From: Antedon mediterranea
Taxonomy: Eukaryota > Animalia > Echinodermata
Direction of reading: 5' to 3'
Assembly: GCF_964355755.1 (NCBI RefSeq)
Contig: NC_092671.1
Coordinates: 35,164,304 to 35,228,303 of the forward strand
DNA length: 64,000 nt
Shown here: positions 28,201-38,200 of the stretch, in pieces
Layout: each line of letters begins with the position of its first letter
Numbering within the stretch: position 1 is the first letter of the stretch
Position numbers and translations under genes: made by a program
Notes under the pieces: generated by a model
The model's database searches: none
The model's input: only the letters and a program-made list of their open reading frames with translations
What the model was told of the DNA's origin: nothing

Positions 28201-28944
28201 TTGAAGGAACCATCTTGCAGTTTCCAGCATCACAGATTGTAGGCCAGAAGGCAAACTAACAAGATGCGTACATTCTTTGTATTCAGTCATAAATAAGAAA
28301 GCTGCAATAATATTGTATCAGGTAATTTTATTTAGCAACTAAAAAATAATAAAGCTAAAACTAATTGTTCTTACATTATATACAGTACCTGTACCTAAAC
28401 AAATATTGCATACTAATAAGCGGTATTTTTGGTATAAAAAATCTCATTAAAAAAATGCTTTATAATATACAAAATTATACCTTAAAATACTTTTGTATTG
28501 GTGGTTTAGCCCAAGCATATATGCTAATTATTTACATAGCTGGTTGTATAATATCAATCGTGCCTATAACTAAATATATATAAAAATATAACTAATTTGT
28601 AGGCATGCAATTTATCAAACATAAACAAAAATAGAAAAGAGATCCAACAATTGGTGGTAAAACTTGTGCCACGTTACTATGAAATAAATATAAAGGATCA
28701 AGTTAAAACCTTATATTGAATACGAAGTACTGTACTGATAAACATATATTAATATTGATTACTGTATTTATATTGCTATAGCTTTTATGTTGCCATTATT
28801 ACGTTTCCAATTTTAAGTGATTTGACACTAAAACAAGCCAGTATCTGTCCGTTGGTCAAGTTAGGTCATCAGTGGGTGGGAAGCATAGTATCTTATATCC
28901 ACAGACAATATGTTGCATGCATCAGCTCCAAGGGTCCTGGTTAT

Positions 28945-30545
28945 CTATGGCTTGTCTGCAGAAAAAAAATTGGTTTTATGTTTTTAAACGGCATCGTATA
29001 TTTTAATGCATATATATGATTTGATATATTTTCTGTTCATTTAAAAACTTAGTTGTGCAGATCAATATTTTTTTGTTTATTTAAAGGAAGGAAATGAATA
29101 ATTGTTACGTTTGTCCTGTTGTGGTATTTAAGGTTATAATGAATAAGGATGAGGGTATCAGAGGTCATGAGGTCAACTACAGTATGCCTGTAATTTAAAA
29201 TTTTCTATAGGTCTGGTGAACATCTTTGTGTTTTATCGGCAACTTTGTTATACTAGGCCGACTGTGCCAATAGAAAATAATCAACTACCATGTTAATAGC
29301 TACTTCCGATGAATAATATAACTTACTTCCGGGCATACAGTCACACGTTTCACATCCGTTGGTTTTCACTTTGCGGCCATACGGACAGAATTCACCGCAC
29401 ATTGGCAGAGGGCAAGCATAGTTTACTAGTATAAAGAACAATGGAATAATTAGTTGCTTAAACATCACTGATCACAAAGTAGAAGATTTTTTGGGTAACA
29501 CAATGAATTGTCCTCCAAATTGATTCCTGGTAGTGATACTATGCCCAAATATATTAGTGATATGACATCATCATGTCCATACATAGGCACATCGCATTTT
29601 TTTGTCACAAGTTTGATAGTGTAGACAGAGCTTTAGCGCAGCATAACCCTCTTTTTATAGAAAGTACAGTACTATTTGCGATAAACCTTAATTCCAATGA
29701 TTTTGTTATAGATTCAGATATTCTTTTTTAAACTATTTTCATACACATTTAAAAAGTGTATTCATATGTGCCTATATGGACATGATGATGTCATATCACT
29801 ACCATATTTGGGCACATCACACTTTTCTTCAAACTAGTTTAAACAAATGTTAAAAATAATTGGATATAATAATTATGAAAAGGATCATAAAATAAAATGG
29901 AAAAGAATGTTAGGTCTTAAATTGTTACCTCTATATGTTGATGGCAAATCATTGCAATTACATGTAGGACAACCATTCTTGTCCAGAATCGCACCATAAG
30001 GACACACAAGATTAGAGCTGCACTTCACTTTATTGCATCCAAGTTTCCCTCCGAATTCAACATTGTCAATAACATCATTTTTAGATTTTCCTGTAAATAA
30101 TTGTTAATTAGCAGATATAATATAATTCAATCAACACTAAAAAAGAAACAAATTGCACAACAATAAATATTATTATAAAAAAACGTTATTAAAATAATAA
30201 TCTATAGGGCCTAGCCTAGGCTCATCATGATTGAGTACAGTAGGACTAGCTAGGTCGGCCATCTAGGCTAGAGCCTGTTTATTAGTAGCCTAACTAGTCT
30301 AGGCCTCTCCTACTAAAGAAGGCGCTAGCTAGGGTGGCCGACTGCGCCGGTACGCCTAGCTAGACTCTATAAATAGCCTAGATCTAAAGGCCTAGGGCCT
30401 AGGCCTAGCTAGTTTTCTGAACATACATGGTTTTTATGGAGTTTTTATCACAACAATTTGTAACAAATGTCATAATACCTTCAACTACACTACACATTAG
30501 TATACCAGCTACAATCAAGAGTAATTTAAGGTCAATAACTGCCAT
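28945..30545 (-). CDS. Secreted antistasin-like cysteine-rich protein (two 6-Cys repeats, about 112 aa)
   Basis: complement join(30479..30545,29929..30090,29327..29425,28945..28955), all introns phase 1. Signal peptide MAVIDLKLLLIVAGILMCSVVEG; repeats CNKVKCSSNLVCPYGAILDKNGCPTCNC and CPLPMCGEFCPYGRKVKTNGCETCDC match the antistasin C..C..CPYG....NGC..C.C pattern. The last mini-exon (NKP*) is less certain. Confidence 0.82.
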
Positions 30546-30760
30546 GATGAGAATAGAATAGCCTAAATGTTTTAATTAATTTTCAACAACAACGTTTGTG
30601 TTTTTGTAATAGCCGAATCTTAGCTCCTTGTGTACAGTATTTGGTTTTTTTCTTGTCTTCCTTCCGGTAAACAGTGCCACCTGTCGGTGGGTACAGAAAA
30701 ATAACGTAAATGATATGACTGCTGCTGCAGTATTTCCTTTCACAGTTTTGATTTGAATAT

Positions 30761-33512
30761 TGTAATATAGTGTTATGAGGTTTCTGACTTGTAATGAAGA
30801 CTCTTGTTGATTTGTGTCTTCATTACAAGTCAGAAACCTCATAACACTATATTACATGGTGGAAGACCCGTTATAAGAAGAGACACTTTATAAGAAGACA
30901 ACACGTTATATTACAAAGAAGACAACACAGGAAAAGAGTGAACAAATCAACAAGAAGAAAATAAACAGACTATAAAAACTTTTTAAAAAAATTTTTTTAA
31001 TAGACAACCCAAGCAGATTTTTTTTTTCAAGTAAGCATTTTAACTGGAACGAGACAAGCAGAATTTTTTTCAAGTAAGCATTTAACTGGATCGAGACAAG
31101 CAGAATTCTTTAATTTCGTATAACCGTTTGATGAAGACAAAGAAGATAATCAAGGAAAACACAAGAAGACTCAAAACGCAAAACAGAAGCAAGCGGACAA
31201 GAACGGTTTCATTTGGACACTTTCAACTTCACGCCAGTTTTTTTTTTTCGAACGTTTTTTGAACATTTACTTTTTTATTTTGACCATTTGAACACTGATA
31301 AACACTTTTAGCAATTTTTTAATTCGTTGTTTGAACATTTGGACATTGTTGAACACTTTTAATTAGCATTTCTTTAATTCGTTTTTAATTGGATCCGAAG
31401 CATTTGGGGTAAGTCAGAACCGTTTTGATTTTTGAATTGTAACCCGGTGTGAAAGTTCATGGTATACACTAAAATTGTTTTTTAAATTGTTAAAATAATT
31501 GTTGAATAAACCCACCGATAATAATGAGAAAATTCACAACACCGTTAACGTACGGTAGTAAATGACGAAAACAATGTTTAATTTGTCGACGAACATGATA
31601 GGAAACTAGGCCAATCGCAACCTTTACACATCCAACTAAAGTAGAACCCCTTAACTTGCAACCAGCTTATATTGACTGTGTAGAGAATAACATGGGATTA
31701 GCAGCCCCATTCCAAATGAAAGAACAAATTAAGGAACAAACTAATTTAATCATGACAGCACCTAATGATTCAAATATGACATTAAACCGAGGTAGATTTA
31801 AAGCAGAACATTTCCAAGTTTTAGTTTCGTATTCTAAACCGACTTCAGCCAAAAAAACTGATAAAACAAAACACGAATCTAATGATCGCAAATTTTGGTG
31901 GAATATCGACAGATATAACGATACAGATAAATTGATTAAAGAGATTATTAATGATAAACAGATACCGATAAGTGGATCGCCAAAACGATTCATAAAACGT
32001 TTGTATATAATGCAACGAGTTACTGATTTAATTTTTTGCAAGAATCCTTTTTAAATTACGACATTTGCTAAATTAATGATAGCATAGTCTACGTATTTGA
32101 TGAGATTTCTTTAGTAATGATGTGATTTCAGTTAAAAGAGAATTGAATTTATGATTAAGTATTGATTTTGTAACGAGTTTTTTTTTATAAAGATTAATTT
32201 TGAATTTTGATGATCGATATATTGAGATATTGAAAAGAACGACAATCATTTTGTAACACATATTTTCTTTAACCTTTGAGTCGTTAATCTCAAGCATTAA
32301 TTAATTATATACAAGAACAGGAGATTTTCTTAGTACTTTTAATTGTATTTCTTACATTAAGTACAAAAGTCGAATTTTTCGACCGAATGAAATCGTAATT
32401 ACCTGTGAATATAAATGCTTAAATCGATAAAGTTGTGACGATAACGATATATTGTGGATAAGTTTGTGTCAACGGGACACACACATCTGTTTCTTTAAAA
32501 GTTTTAAGTGATTAAGTTTGATATTTTGAAGGCGATGAGTCGTCGCACGATTTGATGTATGTTCAATGTAACATACTATTTTTAAGTTTTGTATTTTTAT
32601 TTTTAACCGATTTATGTTTGATTTACGCGAATTTTATACCAAATTCATTTTTTATTTCAATTTTTTAAGAGAGAGAAGAGAGAGAGAGTGAAAGTGATAA
32701 GGTTACACTTAAGAGTCAATGGTTTTGGCTAACTCAATTTTTGCTTATATGTATAATAATGTTTTTTCTTTTATATAACTTTAATTTTGCATGCCACTAT
32801 TATAACCATTTTATATTTTAAATAGATTAGAAAAAAAGGGAAACAGAGGGATGTAATATAATGATATACTTTTATAATTAAGAAATCAACCTTTGTATGA
32901 GTTTTCAACCAAGTTCACAAACTTGGCCCAGAAAGTCCAGAGGAGAGTTTGTCCAGATGTTTCAAAAGTACATTTAGTCCATTTAGTTCATAATTAAATC
33001 CCAAAAGTAAACAGTTTATTTGACTTCTCTAACCGTTCCCATCGTAAAACAATTAGATATTGACAGTTTTAAGCAGAGATTCGACAGGGCCAATTCATCA
33101 TCGTAACCTCCCCAGATAAGATCAATCACTCCCACTTAAACATCCCTGGATCAACTTAGGACCAATCAGTAACCTCTAAAATTACGTAATTGACATATGC
33201 TAATGAACTGAGCCAATATACCCCCAAGTTTCAGAAGAGCCCAGACACACCTTACAGCCACTTTGCGGAACACACACCTCACAGCTACTTCTTCAGTAGA
33301 ACATCCACACCTCACAGCCACTTCTCCAGAAGCAGACCTATACACCTCACATCTCACCGACAACATCACTGATCCTCTGTTCCTTAGTTATAGTATATTG
33401 TACTGAAGTATTATTGCATCAAGTATTATTGAATAAACAATATATGTGTTACGACAGTCAAGCGAGTAAGAGTCTTCATTACAAGTCAGAAACCTCATAA
33501 CACTATATTAAA
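30761..33512 (+). mobile_element. Non-autonomous LTR retrotransposon with rearranged (palindromic) 5' LTR
   Basis: 5' LTR end ...CTATATTACA (30856) is followed by PBS-like TGGTGGAAGACCCG. Polypurine tract 32829..32851, then 3' LTR TGTAATATA... 32852..33512 with AATAAA at 33432. TSD ATAT (30757..30760 / 33513..33516). No RT or integrase ORF inside. Confidence 0.82.
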
Positions 33513-33922
33513 ATATCACTGTCAAGTAATAATAGATTTCAGATTTTTTACTAAACCTAGGCCTAGCCTACCTAGGCTAAAGTATTTTTATTTAGAAATC
33601 CTATCAAAATGTGTCATTTTTTGTGCCACTTCTCCAGAAGCAGACCTACACACCTCACATCTCACCGACAGCATCACTGATCCTCTGTTCCTTAGTTATA
33701 GTATATTGTACTGAAGTATTATTGCATCAAGTATTATTGAATAAACAATATATGTGTTACGACAGTCAAGCGAGTAAGAGTCTTCATTACAAGTCAGAAA
33801 CCTCATAACACTATATTAAAATATCACTGTCAAGTAATAATAGATTTCAGATTTTTTACTAAACCTAGGCCTAGCCTACCTAGGCTAAAGTATTTTTATT
33901 TAGAAATCCTATCAAAATGTGT
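33317..33922 (+). repeat. 298-bp direct duplication of the LTR 3' end plus about 100 bp of host flank
   Basis: 33317..33614 matches 33625..33922 almost exactly, joined by the 10-nt filler CATTTTTTGT. Confidence 0.93.
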
Positions 33923-33939
33923 AAATTATCTGTTAATTG

Positions 33940-34931
33940 TGTAACCCAGGTTTGTTTCCGCAACTTTATAATTATCTTAACGAATAAATATAGCGCAAAC
34001 GTAACTCAAATACAAAAACATCAGAACATAAATTTAAATGGAACAAAACACGGTTTATTCGACCAAACTAGAATAAAATAAAAATAAAACAGAAGAGAAC
34101 GGAAAGTAGGCCTATGACTTATCTAAAACGCCGATAATGTTATTAAAGATAAGGTAGCTACCGCTTCCAACGGCGACCTTGACGTCCGTCTTGCGTTTTT
34201 TCGCCTTAGGTAGATGAATACAGTTGATTTATATAGCAGTCTAAACAGATAATTTCGGTGTCCGAGAGAACCAGTGGTTCTTCGGTAGCCTATACAAAGA
34301 GCCTATACAAAGAGCCAATATTCAAAATAAAACGAACAGTCTTCAATATGTACAATACAGTCGATCAAATATAGTTTTTTTAGTGCAATATGCCAAACTA
34401 GCACAAACTTCCAATCAACGTAAACTTTAAAACTTAGTTCGGTAATGTAAACTTCCAATCAACGCGAACTCAAAACTTAGTTCGGTAATGTAATTATACT
34501 GTAGTACAGTAAAACGTAAGTTAGCTTTAAATAAAGTCATATATTTTAATATGTAACACTTGGAAATGACCAGCACTTCAGATGGCATAATCAGGAAAAA
34601 GAGAATGGAACATTGGAACATACCCTAATATTGGCCCAGTCACCTGACCAAGGCTAATCCCATTGGTCAATCCATGTTGCTGGGGAAAAAGCAAAGGGTA
34701 AACTGGCCCTTATTGGTCAGTGTCTATAGAAAAAACAGAAAGCTCTCATGCATTACCACATAGTTTATGACATAATGACATAAACAGCAAAGGAAGTTCT
34801 AACAAAAAGATAAAACAACTAATTAAAACTTGGGCTTAACAACAAAGAAAGGATTAAAAGATTATTCTACCACACTACAAAGTATAGCAAAAACTAATAA
34901 GGAAAACATGGTAAACCATGGCAGGGTTACA
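33940..34931 (-). mobile_element. Solo LTR (Gypsy-like, 992 bp)
   Basis: Termini TGTAACCC...GGGTTACA with 4-bp TSD ATTG. On the minus strand CCAAT boxes (about 34630..34717), TATATAAA (34228..34235) and AATAAA (34054..34059) occur in U3-R-U5 order. Confidence 0.82.
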
Positions 34932-35236
34932 ATTGTTTAGTTAAACCATGGATTAAAATTAATCCATGGTTAAACTGAACCTGAAATGGATTTTTGATTT
35001 TCAAGTATTTCACTCACAGGATTATTGAAACAATAAAAATACTCAGGACTTCAAACATTTCGTTTCAGAGAAAGTTCTAACATAACCAGTGGTCACTTAT
35101 GAGCCACCGTAGTTATTTTCAAAGATAGTGTAGTAGGGCGCCGCCACGCTATCTTTTTTCATTAACTCCTTTGAGCCTTGGCTCCTCATCGATGTGGGAT
35201 ATTCGCACAAAACTGTACCATTTAACATAAAATATA

Positions 35237-38200
35237 ATGATAATGCAGTCTTCCACATTTAAAATAGCCATAGGGGCGGGTGTAGTATTATCTGGTGCTG
35301 TTTTAGTAACGTATTACTTCCGTGGTAATCGCAAAACAAAACGTACAAGATTGATTGAAATGGTGAGTACTATCTAGGCACGTCATCGTACCGCGACCAG
35401 CAGGAATAGGATAGGAAATACCCGACCCGACGGGGCTGGGATAGGGTATCATTGCTAGGTAGACAGTAGGCCTAGGCCAACTACCGTTTGAAAATTAATT
35501 TAATACAGTTTTGTTTATAGTTATACACTGCAGATAAATTGGTGTGTGTTAGGCCTATTCCCCCAACCCCTTTTTTAAAAATGGTTTGTGCTGTGTTGTT
35601 AATGTTATATATATATATACTGCTGCTGTACAGTAATTTGTTTTGAGTGGATAGATAGGCTAGTTTAAAACAAACTTTTTTCAGCCACACTTTCAATTAA
35701 ACATGTATTCACCATCTTTAATTTGTTAAGATTTGAACCTAAAAATGAGTTGAGTGAAATATTGAATTGAAATAAATATAACTTATAATATAGCCTAGGC
35801 CTACCTAACAATAAGTAAGATAAAAGTCTGCTAACAACACCGTCTTAATTCTATAGATTCCTGAAATTCAAAAAGCTCACATTCACATTAAAGACCCAGA
35901 TAGGGTAGAGGAAATTGTGACGGCTCTCATCAAGGGTGGGCGTAACAAACTTCAGGTTGGTAAAAAACAGTTTTTTTTAAATTAAATTTTAAATCAAGTT
36001 GCATTTTGTGTAGATTTCTTTTTTTATTTGCAACTTGTTTAAGTTGATATCTTTCATATTTTAGTTTATTCTATTTATTTGTTTTTTGAAATTACAAGTA
36101 CTAACTGTCTCTTTTATACGTATACTTTATTTGTCCCCGGAAGTACGAAATGTGATGGTGGGACAATATTCGTGTTACCAAAGTATTGTGTCGTGAGGTG
36201 GAATTACTAGATTATTCTCTGTCATTCATGTGGCAAAAAGAATTTTAACATTTGTTTTTTAAAATTCCATCATTCTCTTGAACCAACAATTTTTATTCAT
36301 TAGAAAATGTATTTGTACTTTCAAACACTATTTTTGTTTTGCAGAATTTTAAATTCAACTGTTTATTTGTTAATACTGTATTTTTTGTAGGTCATATCCG
36401 ACTTTGATAGAACAATAACCCGATATAAGTGCAATGGAATAATATTACCTACAACACATGGTGAGTCATTATCATCTTTAATTTAAAAACCTATCATGAA
36501 ATTTAAAAACATTGGTAGACAAGGTTTTTGAGAAACGCATGCCTCAAAAATGTGAAAATTATAAGTATCATTTCAATCCATCGTGTGGGTTCAGAGCCTG
36601 ATTGGAAACCATGCAGATATTGTTATGCACAGACAGGATCTAGATAAAAGTATAATTTTAATTGATCATTATGGTTTAAGAGCCGTCTTTATAATGTAAA
36701 TGTAAAATGTTGAAAACCAAGTACATAGGGCATGTGTTCCAAATTAAAGGTACCATTTTTTTTTTGCCTACAGTAGGTATAATAGAACGTGTTTGCAGAT
36801 TAATACCAAATTAAGGCAGTACTTAAAGAAACATTGACTTTTATCTTAAAATCCTTCTATTGTAAAAACCAATTGTTTTTTGTCTGCATTCAACTCTCAC
36901 TATCACATTATGCCTATACAATACATTATTCCTTGTTCCGCTACAGTGAGCTATTCCTACCCTCACCTTATTGTAATGACAGCCTTAAGAATTTGACAAT
37001 AGGCTTATCAAGTGGAGTTTGAAATATACAGGTTGTTTGTATATCTCTACTCTGTTGTATTTAAAAAAAAGTATCGGACTGATAATATTTAAATATAAAT
37101 TAAATACAAATTAATTTTGAATTCAATATGGTATATTTGAATATTTAACAAATTTGTCTAAAAGACATATTTATCAAATACACAGTATGTTTATCTTTCT
37201 TGATACAGTACTGTAGTTAGACTTATATTTTATCATACTACTATATTTGTTTTTATACCTGCACACCAAACTCACAAATACTATCTTTTATTTTGACTAA
37301 ACAATAGTACAATGATTGCGCACCATATTTACATAGTAACACAATTTACATACACCAACATGATAATCTTCCTATACATTTTAATGACAATTAGTGCATT
37401 ATACCACTTATTAATGTCCTAAATATAATGACGTAATCCTCTTGTTTATGATTTGTAGCAATACTTGAAGGAAGTACAGTTTTATCAGATGAGACCAAGA
37501 AAAGGGCGCAAGATTTGCGAGACCATTACTACCCCTTAGAAATGTCATCAAAGTTATCAGATGATGAAAAATACTCCTTAATGACAGAGTGGTAAGGAAA
37601 AAAATGTTTTCGAATATTAAAATAAATTGTTTCGAAAAAAAATGTTTTAAAAAGGCCTTATGGTATCAGCTGGTATATACTGTACAGTACCACCATCTGT
37701 ATGTAAAAAAAAACTAGATGTTATCATTGAGTGTGAACATAGAAAGCTGTTTATGTTCACAGCTCACTGAATTGAGGTCTAAAGCTTTGTCTACACTATC
37801 AAACTTTATGTGACAAAAAAAATGTGATGTGCCCATATATGGCATGATGATATCATATCCCTACCATATTTAAGCATATCACTACCATATTTGGCCACAT
37901 CACACTTTTTTTCTCAAACTAGTTTGATAGTGTAGACATAGCGTTATACCACTTTCACATCGCCCAACAAAGCCCTTCCTTCCATACAGGTATGTCTGAA
38001 CACTCACCCTCTTCCTTCCGTAATGCTTTTTTATTTTTAAAATAATGTGCATGGTTTTTATACCAAGGTGGTCACAGGCACATGAAATACTTATTGGCAG
38101 TGGAATAAACAAGAAAGATGTCACAGATATGGTTGTACAGTCAAATGTTATGTTAAGGTATGCAAATAAATATAATATACAATATTACTTTATTGGGTAC

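Noticed and set aside
28140-28290. Additional downstream exon of the antistasin-like gene
   Set aside because: No frame compatible with phase 1 gives an antistasin Cys pattern.
29253-29468. Stand-alone single-exon secreted peptide (MMFKQLIIPLFFILV...)
   Set aside because: The apparent signal peptide is the polypyrimidine tract of the acceptor at 29426. The true exon is 29327..29425 of the antistasin-like gene.
30761-33512. Parvovirus terminal hairpin or DIRS-type ITR/ICR element
   Set aside because: PBS-like TGG, polypurine tract, TG-starting 3' LTR and 4-bp TSD fit an integrase-type LTR element. No NS1, capsid or tyrosine recombinase ORF is present.
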